Positions 12,200 to 23,300 of a stretch of DNA of 51,103 nt are shown here, piece by piece. This DNA is from Octopus sinensis (lineage: Eukaryota). The position numbers were made by a program, and so were the translations under genes. The notes under the pieces were generated by a model. The model was not told the origin of the DNA and did not search any database. It saw only the letters and a program-made list of their open reading frames with translations. The stretch covers positions 1 through 51,103 of the forward strand of contig NW_021834167.1 in assembly GCF_006345805.1 (NCBI RefSeq), written 5' to 3'. Position 1 is the first letter of the stretch. Every line of letters begins with the position of its first letter.

Positions 12200-12430
12200 T
12201 TTATTCTTTTACTCTTTTACTTGTTTCAGTCATTTGGCTGTAGCCATGCTGGAGCACTGCCTTAAAGGGATTTTTGGTCAGAGAAATCAACCCCAGAAAT
12301 TATTCTTTGTAAGCCTAGTATTTATTCTATTGGTCTCTTTTGCCGAACTGCTAAGTTACAGGGATGTAAACATACCAACATTTGTTGTCAAATGATAGTT
12401 AGGGGACAAACACAAGCACAAACACACACA

Positions 12431-12470
<40 letters not shown>

Positions 12471-12575
12471 GATGAGCTTCTTTCAGTTTCTGTCTACCAA
12501 ATCCACTCACAAGGCTTTGGTCTACTGGAACCATGTGGTTGGGAAGCAAGCTTCTTACTACACAAGCATGCATTT
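12200..12575 (-). mobile_element. SINE family B, near full length
   Basis: CTTTTACT tail repeats, tail body, (CA)n centre, and head ...GGAAGCAAGCTTCTTACTACAC. Confidence 0.88.
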
Positions 12576-12829
12576 AATTAACATTCTCTAATTAAATTAG
12601 GTAGAAGGCAGTATTTTTTTTTTTAACTGGTCTTTCATTCTGACTCCAACTCCCTTTCTTTATACAAGCTTCCTTATACAAGTCCACCTGAGACTACTTC
12701 TTGTTTTATGACAGAAAACATCCTGTCTTAAAATGTTCACATTTCAACAAAAACTTTCAAAAACCATTCCTTTCTATTCCTTTTATGCTTTACCTGTTTC
12801 ACTCATTAGACAGCAGCCTCACTGGAAGA

Positions 12830-13745
12830 ATTTTAAGTCAAATGAATCAGCCCAATGAGAAAAAAATTTGTTAAGCCTGCTTCTTATCCTATCAATCTCT
12901 TTTTCTGAACTGCTAAGTAACATGGATGTAAACACACCAACACCAGTTGTCAACTGGTGGTGGGGAAAAACAAAGACACAAAAACACACCAACATAGACA
13001 CATATTCATATAGACACATAGACACATATACACATATACACATATACACATAGACACATATACACATATACACATATACACATAGACACATATACACATA
13101 TACATATAGACACATATACACATAGACACATATACACATAGACACATATACATATAGACACATATACACATAGACACATATACAAATATACACATAGACA
13201 CATATACATATAGACACATATACATATAGACACATATACACAGACACATAGACACATATACACATATACATATAGACACATATACACATAGACACATATT
13301 CATATAGACACATATACACATATACACATAGACACATATACACATAGACACATATTCATATAGACACATATACACATATATACATAGACACATATACACA
13401 TATACACATATACATATAGACACATATACACATATACACATAAACACATTGACACATATTCATATAGACACATATACACATATACACATAGACACATACA
13501 TAGACACACATACACATAGACACATATACACATATACATATAGACACATAAACATATAAACACATAGACACATAGACACATATATACATAGACACACATA
13601 CACATAGACACATATACACATATACATATAGACACATAAACATATAAACACATAGACACATACACAACAGGCTTCTTTCAGTTTCCATGTCTACCATTTC
13701 CATTCACAAGGTTCTGGTCAGTCTGAGGCTATAGTAAAAGACACT
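12830..13745 (-). mobile_element. SINE family B whose central microsatellite expanded into a ~680-nt compound repeat (about 12990-13665)
   Basis: Tail segment at 12830-12985 and head/CORE segment at 13668-13745 flank a tract of ACACAT/ATACAT/AGACAC modules. Confidence 0.85.
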
Positions 13746-13747
13746 TG

Positions 13748-14281
13748 CGAATTTTTTGAAGACATTATCAACACCGTAAGATATTGCTCAGATATTGCCT
13801 ATCCATTTGTAGGGGCCAACTCACTGAAAGTGAAATTAAAAGTGCATACTTTCAGCAAGATGGAGCTACAGCACATACTTCATGCATCACCATGGCACTA
13901 CTTCAAGAGTTTTTCCGTGAGCGGATTATTTTGAAGGGACTTTAGCCACCAAGATCACCTGATATAACACCGCAAGACATTTTTTCTGGGGACCAAGTAA
14001 AGGGTCAGTGTACAAGAATCACCCGAAAAGCATCAATGAGCTAAAAGACACAAGCATAACCTTTACACAGTCCATAGCATGTCAGACTCTCCAAGATGTA
14101 TTTCAAAACATGTGTGGAAGAGTCAACTTATTATTAAAAATGAAGGACGACACTTTCAAACACCTCTTATAAAGTTTGTTAAAGTCTGGTAAAGTCTAAT
14201 ATATTCTTTTGTAGTCTTATACCACCTTATAAATATTTATTTTGCAATAAAACACTGCGGAGAGATCTTCGAAGACCCTGT
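13748..14281 (+). mobile_element. 3' half of a mariner-like (rosa/Visitor-related) transposon with DD38D spacing
   Basis: YFQQDGATAHTSCITMALLQEFFRERIILKGL*PPRSPDITPQD, then frameshifted FWG...VYKNHPKSINELK...FKHLL*; TIR-like end GAGAGATCTTCGAAGACCCTGT. Confidence 0.85.
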
Positions 14282-15790
14282 CCCTTCTATGAACAGTTCA
14301 AAATCATACCACCCTGCCTCAGAAGTTTATTCATGAAGTAAATGGTGATTTATATATTTTGCTTACATACTATCACTTGTTTGTGGTGGTTCACAGGTAT
14401 GTTATTAACCACTCAGGTGTTACTAGAATGCTGTGAGGAAGAGTGGCTTAAATACATTAATCTTAGTTGAGTAATGTTAGTCATAGTTTGCTTCGAAGTT
14501 GATTTTCAATTTGAGAGAATCTAGGTAGAGTCATTATGTCAATATTATTAACATGCGCACTGGTTATTAATATTGGCATAATGAATCTCCCAAGACAACT
14601 AAATTTGTTTCACATAAAGAATTTTGCAAACCAGATACAAAAACAAAGTAGAATCTTGGTAATAATTTACATTGAATAATACTTTTCCAAACCCTTCTTA
14701 CTGCAATAATTATTTTCAGATTCAAAGTTTCTTTTGACATGTTTTATCATTTTATACATAAACTCAACTAATTCTTAATGCTTTAATTTCATTCTGATAT
14801 CCTCATCAATGTGTTAACGTCTATTTTTCCAGGCTTGCATGGGTCAAACGAAAGCCTGTTTAGACAGTTTTTGTTCTTTTGTTTTTTTTTCTATGGCCAA
14901 ATGCCCTGCCTGAAACCTCCATTTGTTTCCAAGTGAGGTAAGAACAATTCCAGTCTACAGAACAACCAATAGACCAGATATGTCTTTTTTTTTAAAGGGG
15001 AGAATTGGAAACAAATGGCACTGGTTGCACAAGTCTTTTGCTTACAATCAAGGGGCAGTTGCCACCACTATGACTACTATGACAACTACTACTATTACTA
15101 CTCAAACTTGCCCTGTCCAGAGTGTCACTCGTTGAAATCTTCAGTTCTCCAACTCATGTAGCATTCTTCGAAAACTGGGGTCAAGGGAAGAAACAATGAA
15201 GAAAGGAAGAAAGAAGTAATACACAAAAGACAGCTGATGCCAAAAATCATTGGTAATTGACCAGCCATGACCACCCAACCAGAATGACTGACCTATGCCA
15301 ACACAAATATAAACAACAGCAAAAAGAAAGTCCCACGTGGTATTGCGATATTTTCAAAAGTGTTCAGATTTATCAAAATTCTTGGTCAGTGAACAGGCTG
15401 CATTTCTGAGTAACAAAAATGTTCACATTATTTTACCAAAATAAAAATGTTTAAGAGAAGTTAACAGTCTTTGTGCATTTCTGAATGCCTAAATTATGTC
15501 TTCCAGGCTGCAATTTATATATATATTGCTAAACCTCGCTAAGATAAATATTTCAATTACCTGAAGATTGACTGTAACCATAACTCGAATTATTACGAAT
15601 TGGACAGCCATGAAACGATCGTAGTGTTTTACTCATTATCTTTTATTAAACTTTTAATACTTTTGATATATTTAAAATAATATAAATTAATTAATTTTAT
15701 GTATTGGCTTAAGTTTTTCATTGTTTGATTTGCCTAATAGTGGTTTTATCTCTAATTTAATATAAAATATATATATACACACACACACAG

Positions 15791-16310
15791 CTGTCCTTGT
15801 CCATACACATCACATGACCAAACCAGTGGAATTGCCTCTCTTGCACACTACATCTGATTCCCCTTATGTGTAAGCATCTTGAGAGAAAAGTTAAGCATAA
15901 GAGGAATCAGATGTAATGTGCAAGAGAGGCGACTGCACTGGTATGGTCATGTGATGCATATGGACGAGAGCAGTTGCCTAAAGAGGTGCTAGTCTTTAAC
16001 TGTGGAAGGAACCTGTGGTAGAGGTAGACCCAGGAAGACATGGGACAAGGTGATGAAGTATGATCTTCAAACCTTGAACCTCACAGAGGCAATGACTTTG
16101 GCAATGTGTTCTGCTTAAGAGGACCTGTCAAGCCAAGTGCACCTGTGCTAGTGCTACATAATAAAATCAACCTTGAATGTTCAGTCTCATGGAAGCAAAG
16201 TGGCTGAGTTCCCTTTGAGTGTTGGGCGTAAGCCTTGTGGAGGCAAAGTAGCTGAGTTCCTTTCAAATATTGAGTCTCATGGAAGCAAGTGGCTATGTTC
16301 CTTTCAAGCG
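15791..16310 (+). mobile_element. 3' fragment of an RTE-like LINE with an inverted duplication at its 5' junction
   Basis: 15870-16140 is similar to 49208-49480 of the larger LINE (..LRWYGHVMHMD..CGRGRPRKTW..). 15791-15868 is the reverse complement of 15896-15973. Three ~45-nt subrepeats follow at ~16188-16310. Confidence 0.85.
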
Positions 16311-16389
16311 TTGGATGCAAGAAGCTCATTGAAAACTACAAAAAAACAACTAGAGGCTGTAAGGCAGAACAGAGGATATGCTACAAAAT

Positions 16390-16598
16390 ATTAACAATCT
16401 CGTTCAATACTTTTGCACACAGTCAAATTCGAAAATTGGCAATAAAAGTACTTAAAAGCAATGTTTCTCAATTTTCCTCTATGTTTTGTTAGACAATGTT
16501 CATTAAAATATTTGAAAAATCATTCAAATTGAACGATTTTTTTATTGTAAAATCTATGAAAAAAAACGATGTGTTAAATACTTTTGCTACCCACTGTA
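16390..16598 (+). mobile_element. Solo right-hand IR/DR-type terminal repeat of a Tc1-like element
   Basis: Ends TTTTGCTACCCACTG-TA. The direct repeat AATACTTTTGC at 16406 and 16577 is the inner/outer DR layout of Sleeping Beauty-type TIRs. Confidence 0.6.
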
Positions 16599-16606
16599 TA
16601 TATATA

Positions 16607-17645
16607 TATACTTACTATAAGGTGAGCACAAGTGTGTACGTACATCACTATATATATATAAATATAAATGGAACAAAAACGTAATAGAAGACAATAAAAC
16701 ATTCAGACAGATAAATGATACAAAGGCGAAGAGGAGAAACAACAATTAGAAGGACAGGGAAAAAAAGACAGGTCATTCATGGCCTTCTTTCCTCAGTCAA
16801 GTTACCAGAAGTCCTTACTGTTTTGGGCAGTTCCACTTGAGACAGTTCAATCTGGTTGTCCCCAAAAAGTCTATTGCATTTTTGTTTCATTTATATTTAT
16901 ATATACTTATAGCGGCATATGTACACACTTGTGCTCATCTTGTAAGTATGTATCTAAATTTTGTACGACTGTTTTACTCTATCTTTTAGTCCCCTCATAT
17001 TTTCTTCCTCTTTTTCTTGCTTTCCCTCTCTCACATTTCTTGGTCCTCTCTTTCTTTAACTCCCACTTTTCCTCCTCGTTTATCTCTCCTGTACCTTTCC
17101 CTTTGTCTCTTTGATTTTTTTCTTATCTTTCGATCCCGCTGCCCCCTACCCCTCTCCTCTCTCCATGTGACTGGTCTCCGGCCAGCCACGATCTTTCTTT
17201 CTTGGCCTGATTGCCAACCACCAACACCTCTTATAGCCATCTCCTATGTTCCTGCCTTTAGGCTTTCTCTTCATACACGCCAGCTCAATTTAATTCATCC
17301 TCAGTCGAAAGACACCTGTTGTTATTTTTTTGTTGTTTGTATTTGTAATTGTGTACCATGTTCTCTGCTTTTTGTCTTTGTTGTCGTATATATTCACTAG
17401 CTTTCTTACAAAAAAGTCTAATGCTCTTAGCTTAGACTTTTTTGGGGGCAACCAGATTGACTGTCTCAAGTGGAACTGCCCAAAACAGTAAGGACTTCTA
17501 GTAACTTGACTGATGAAAGAAGACCACGAATGACCCATCTTGTTTTCCTTGTCCTTCTAATTGTTGTTTCTCTTGTTTGCCTTTGTATTGTCTATTGGTC
17601 TGAATGTTTTATTGTCGTCATTGCATCTTTGTTCCATATGTATAT
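16607..17645. repeat. Interlocking inverted repeats (A/A' about 75 nt; B/B' about 215 nt)
   Basis: 16607-16682 pairs with 16878-16950; ~16660-16873 pairs with 17433-~17645; 39-nt perfect core. Confidence 0.92.
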
Positions 17646-18044
17646 ACACCTGTGTGTGTATATATATATGTGTGTGTGTGCGTGTGTGTGTGTGTGTGTA
17701 GAGTGTTTCAAGTGGTGTATAGATATTGTATATTGAGAAAAAGGAGGCAGTCAGAATTTTGAACAGTTCTTTATTAGCACATTCGTTCATTTTTTTGAAC
17801 TCGTCAAGACAAGATCAAAATCAAAAATGGTAAAAGCAGAACAGTTTGTTGTTCATTTATAAGAATCGGATGTGTTTTTTGCTTTGTTTAGAAGAGGAGA
17901 ATATTATTTTTGTCTTTTGCTTTTTGGAAAAGGGGGAAGAGAGAGAAAGCAAAGCAAAGCAGGAGGGGCAATAGACAGAGAGGGAGAGAGGTTTCAGGAC
18001 AATCAAGAAAGATGAGAAAAAATAATAAAGTATGAGGAAAGGAT

Positions 18045-20320
18045 GGTTCTAGGAACATTCACTTTAAACATTTTTGCTCTAGGAAAACTCACCTCAGGAA
18101 TTATCGAAACTTTGCTGTATAGGAAATTTTGCCATAAGATAATTTCAAAGATATGGAGACAACATGATTTAGAGAAATTGCAGCTTTGAAAAAAATTGCT
18201 TGATATATATATATATGGGGGGAAGGGGGGGCGGGTATATATATATTTTTTATAATTCTGTTTTAGATTTAACTGGGTTTTTTTGTTTTCTTTTTGTTCT
18301 TTGTAAATGTTATCATATTTATATTGTATTACTTTTTATTTAAGAAGAATTTGTTTTGTTTTGAAAACAATATCATCTTTTAGATTGCTTTATTTTGCCC
18401 CCCCCCCCCCACCAGCTTTGCCATGCTCTTCCCCGCACTCTTTACAATTACCCAAAAGTACCCGAGAAGGAGGAAAGGCATAGGTTTGTGATGGATCGGT
18501 TTTTGTGAGTCATTTGATTCTGTTCCAAACATTGATATATTTTGGTAAGGAAAGAAAAAGCCTTGTATAGATAGGACTTTATTATCAAAAGCATTATTTA
18601 ACATGTCTTTTTTCAGGGTCAAACATTAGAAAATAAATAAAAAAAAGTATAAATTTATTTAGAAACATGAAACTCTTAAAATTAACAAAAAGTAATTTAT
18701 AATGTGTGCAAATTCCAAGCAATGCTTTGTAAATAAACTGCTTTGTTAATATCAATATATATTGTCTTCATTAGGACTGCATCTCCGCAATCTAAATCAC
18801 ACGTTTTCTTTTTCGCTAATGTGTCTTCTTTTTTCAGATACGTATTAAATGGAAGCCTTCAATGCTATTGTTTGTTCTCATCATATTATTCTGGGGTCTT
18901 TCGAAAACATTCCACAATTTAATAGGAAAAGTTGGCTGCATTTTTTGTCTTCACTTGTCTCAACCTCATTCCCCTCCTATATAGTGAATTTCAAAATATA
19001 CAAATTCTTGGGGCTAATCATCATCATCAGATAGTTCAATAAAACCATCAATAACATCACACAATGGAAGAAATGCTAATGCAGAGAAGCATTTGATTTT
19101 GTCGTTAAATTCTGCATCTGTTTGATAGCGAGGCTTTAAACCTATATCCACAATGTGGTGCTCAATATTTTTATCTAAATGAAATAAACAACCTGTTCTA
19201 TTTGTTGTTGGAAATACATCACAGAAAGCATTGATAATTGCTTTCTTGAAATCAACCATTAAGGTTTCAGGTTCTAATGATAGGTGTCCTTCAAAGCGCT
19301 AAAAAGTCTTCTGTAATTTACTCATGATTAGACTAGGTAGCAAAACAAAAAGACATGGTATGTTAATATTTCGTTCGACAGTATGTAATGTGAGCAACTG
19401 ATAATATATATATCTGGGCTGCATTTAAAAGTACCATCACAAGCCAAATCCTTATTATTCTCAAAGTCATCTAATCCAGCTTGTGTACCATTCTCATAAC
19501 TTCTCACCATTTTCAAGAAGTCTATATTATATACCCACCATCTTTTTCCGGTTGGGATTGGAGGGAGCTTGGCTTTTCTTTTGCCTCCAGCCTCTAATAT
19601 TGCAAGACAAATGCGATGATCTTGGCATCAGTAACAATGCATTATCATCTAAACGAGATGAAATTTCTGCAACTAATGACCGTGCGGAAGTTTATGAATT
19701 AGTGGCTGGTGATTTCGTTTCTGCAATGTAAACTTTTGGTTTTGAAGGATGAGAAGGATGGCAATGCTCACCAAATGTTTTACATAGAGATAAATTACCA
19801 TTTTCCTGCAAGGTACGCACTCTTTGTTTACATTCTCTATTTCCATATTTCCAATGTTTTTTCACTGTATTTTCCACCTCTGCTAGTTCCCACTTGAAAG
19901 ACCATTGTAATGGGTTGCCTACACAAAAAATATTGTTGAATGAATAAAGAAATTTTAAATGGGTTAAGAAATTACTTTACCCCTTCTTATTGTTTCCTCT
20001 AATAATATAATAGATAGGTTGGTTGAAACAATTATATATCAAGGGAGCAATTCATCTTTATTTCAGTGAAATTGTCTTGCTGCAGCATTTCCTATGTGGC
20101 AAACTTTGTTTACAACTGTTTGATTCTAGTAATCTATTAATGAATAGGTTGGCTGAAACAATTATCTACCAAGGGAGCAATTCATCTTTTTCCGATGAAA
20201 TTGTCTTGCAGCAAAATTTGTTATGCAGCGAACTTTCCTATGGCAAAATTTCCTATGCGACAAACTTTCCTATGGACAAAAATCCTGAGACGAATTTTCC
20301 TGTGGCAAACTTTCCAGATA
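18045..20320 (-). mobile_element. Decayed Mutator-like (MULE) transposon with a FLYWCH-like domain and degenerate subrepeat-containing TIRs (Phantom-like)
   Basis: Minus-strand segments HWKY.NRECKQRV...GEHCH, ACDGTFKCSPD, MVDFKKAIINAF...GCLFHL, NNSIEGFH and YLQSIAWNL between ~19880 and ~18705. 18045-18140 is inversely similar to 20235-20320. Confidence 0.87.
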
Positions 20321-20519
20321 CAGGAAAGGATAGGTAGATAGATAGAGAGAGAGAGGGAGAGAGAGGGGTTTCTTTTCAGTTTGAAGTGGTCAATTCACTG
20401 AAATTTCATTACAAAGCATTTTTCTTTTTTTTTTACTCTCTCCCTTTTTCCAAAAAAAAAACAAAAACAATATTCTCCAAAAAGCATCCCATTCATATAA
20501 AAGCACCCCATTCATATAA

Positions 20520-20770
20520 ATGAACATCCATTGTTTATGTTGGAATGGGTTAGATGATTTGACTAGGGCTGGCAAGATGGAAGGCTGAGCCAGATTCCAG
20601 TCTGATTTGGTTTGGTTTCTACAGCTGGATGCTTTTATGCAGCATAACAAGGTACTTTTATGTGACACCAGACAGGTGCTTTTATGTAACATTGCACGGG
20701 CACTTTTATGTGGCACCACAAGGATCTTTTACGTAGCACTACTATGAGTGCTTTTCATCACCAGAGGGAA
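20520..20770 (-). mobile_element. Old SINE-like family A copy
   Basis: GGTTTCTACAGCTGGATGC followed by several GCTTTTATGTG modules. Confidence 0.65.
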
Positions 20771-20912
20771 TGGTCTTAACACTTCTGCTGCGGAAAATGT
20801 GTTTTCTTAAGTACAGTATCTAGGTCCTTTTTCATCTTGCCTGAAAGGTTCACCATCCTGCATATATATATATAATATATAGGCCTACTTTTCATCAACA
20901 ACCAGTGATTGT

Positions 20913-20957
20913 CACACGCTGATGATGGGTCAATACCCAGAAACTCGAGTCCATGTG
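20913..20957 (+). ncRNA. Minimal type I hammerhead ribozyme motif of the Penelope/retrozyme type, with palindromic helix III
   Basis: CACACG-CTGATGA-TGGGT(CAAT)ACCCA-GAA-ACT(CG)AGT-C-CATGTG. All core positions are present, helix II has 5 bp, the cleavage triplet is GUC, and helix I pairs 5 of 6. Confidence 0.75.
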
Positions 20958-21122
20958 TATCTTACAGGTTGAAGATGGGAAGGATGGCTTCCCTTTGCAA
21001 ATACTAATAGAGTACAGAAAGTGTGTCAATAGCCAGCTGGGGGAGGTGTCCTCCTGGGGCTACAAGCTACAGTAGCATCCACCCTTAGGGGTTAGCCACA
21101 TTTAAGTGGCAAAAATACTTCA

Positions 21123-21159
<37 letters not shown>

Positions 21160-21439
21160 TATATATGCATATATGTTGTTTAAGATACAAGTTAGGGGTA
21201 ATGTAACCTTCTAAGGGATAGATGTATCCATAGGCACTCCTGGTATTACCTCAGTATGTATGGTCCTTGTTGTAAGGTATTTGATAATAGGTAAAACCGT
21301 GGTTTAATATACAGAGAGACAATAAGTAATGGAGCAATTAACAGTGGGAAGTGGATCATTGGTCCTTATTTAATTAAGGTGAGAGTATGCTTACAGCTGT
21401 TTCTGTATATCAAGCTGGGGTAAATTTTTATTTACCTCA

Positions 21440-22315
21440 TTACAATTGATAGACATCTTCAGAACAGTTTCACTGTTGTGTAGCATGGCTGTTCACACAC
21501 AGACAACACACAATCTGCCTTTCACTCTGAGAGAAAGGCCCTTTGTTACCAACAAAGGTAGAGGCTCTCTGAACTTTTCCCATCCTATTCTTATTCTAGC
21601 AGCTACACTCTCAAAGCATCCACCCTCACTTCTAACTTGATCACCAAGATAATAGAATCTATCAACTACTTTGAGGTATACCTCCTGGCACTTGATGCCA
21701 GGGAAGTTTCTTTACATTTCTAGTGTTTATTGTTCCTGCACATCTGCCAAACACAAAGATTATTTTCCCTATTAACTCTTTCTCTGATATTGCTGCACCT
21801 CTTATGTTTCCATAGCTTACACCAGGTACATCTTATGAAGTTTCTACCTATGCTTTTTCTACAGATCGAGCAGGGGCCATCTACTTGAAGGGATTTGTGA
21901 TTTGTCCTCTTTCCTACTTACTAAGACTTTTGTTTTTGCTAGATTATTCCTAAGGCCCTTTGATTCTAGATCCTGCTTCCACACCTGAAATTTCTTCTCT
22001 AATTCTGGAAGTGATTTGACTATGAGAAGAAGGTCATCAGCATAAAGGAACTCCCTGAGACAGCCCGTTTTAAAATTCCCCGGTTATTGCGAGGAGGACT
22101 GATCCTTGGTGAACCCCTACTTGTACCTTGAATTCATCACTATACTCATTGCCAACCCTCATCTTGCTGACAGCATCCCTGTACATGGCTTGTACAGCTG
22201 TCACCAATCACTCATCTATGCCTAGTTTCTGCATAAGGTAGCAGGGGACACTTTCTTCATGTCAACAAAAGCCAAATACAGACGTTTATTTTTGGCTAGG
22301 TACTTCTCCAGCCTT
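21440..22315 (-). mobile_element. RTE-like LINE reverse-transcriptase fragment
   Basis: Minus-strand YLAFVDMKK, FKTGCLRE(F)LYADDLLLI and LEKKFQVWKQDLESKGL; homologous to 48240-49100. Confidence 0.88.
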
Positions 22316-22544
22316 ACATACATATACATATATATACATATATATCTATACATATATATGCATATACATATATATATATATACACCACCATAACTACCAT
22401 CATCCTTTTAACAGCTCTTTTTCCATGCTTACATTCATCAACCCTAACCCTAACCCTATTATTGAGGCAGATCTTTCTGCAGGTTGACGGATGCCCTTCC
22501 TCATTTGTTTCCAAGCAAAGCAGTACTGTCTCTAGTTTTTCAAA

Positions 22545-23300
22545 CACAAACACATTGGAGCCTGGTGCAGCCTTCTGGTTCGCCAGTCCTCAGTCAAACC
22601 ATCCAACCCATGCCAGCATGGAAAGCGGATGTTAAACGGTGACGATGATGATGATGATGAAACAGCATAATGACAAGATGTGTTTTCAAGGAACGACATG
22701 GTTTGTAAGATGGTCACGTGCATTTATAATTAAAATGAAATCATAATAATCATCGTTATTTAATGTCTGCTTTCCACATTGGTATGGGTTGGACAATTCA
22801 ACAAAATCCAACAATCAAGAGGCCACTCCAGGTTCCGTATTCTGTTTTGGCAATGCTTCTGCAGCTGGATGTCCTTAATGCTAACCATTCTACAGAGTGT
22901 ACTGGGTGCTTTCTTCTTGTGTTACATCAGCACTGGTGACGTCAACAAGTAAGTTGCAAGACAAGACCCACCCACCCCCACAAGCATTATGCCAGGTAAT
23001 GAGAGGTTAAAGTATGATAAAGGGACAGGAAGAGACATTTTGCTGAAGAGAAGAGGAAAAAGAAAAGGTGGAGAGCATACCTCAATGTAGAAGAAGATGA
23101 GAGACAGAGAGAAAACAGAGGATTAAGAGAGGTGGGGGAAGGAGGTGAACAGGAGTGGCGGCGTGGGTAAAGACGAATTTCAGTTTAGGGGAGAAGGTAG
23201 GAGAAATAGCAGCAGGTGAGGGAGGAAGAGGGGTTAAGTGGGAGTAAAAGATAAAGGGTAATTTCTGTCAAATTTAGGAGATTTGCTTTTTTTTTTAACA
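22545..23300. mobile_element. Tail-to-tail pair of family A copies (+ at 22545-22665; long form on - at 22745-23300)
   Basis: Family motifs in opposite orientations about 80 nt apart; the second copy continues into a purine-rich extension. Confidence 0.7.

Noticed and set aside
15561-15583. LWLQSIFR segment as the exon upstream of HFDRG
   Set aside because: The acceptor is weak and it lacks the conserved Trp of MW(R/K); phase agreement alone is not enough.
21385-21445. Second hammerhead on the minus strand (GAAACAGCTGTA palindrome and a GGTAAAT/ATTTACC hairpin)
   Set aside because: The core reads GTAATGA rather than CTGANGA, and about 15 extra nt separate the hairpin from GAAA; at most a dead relic.
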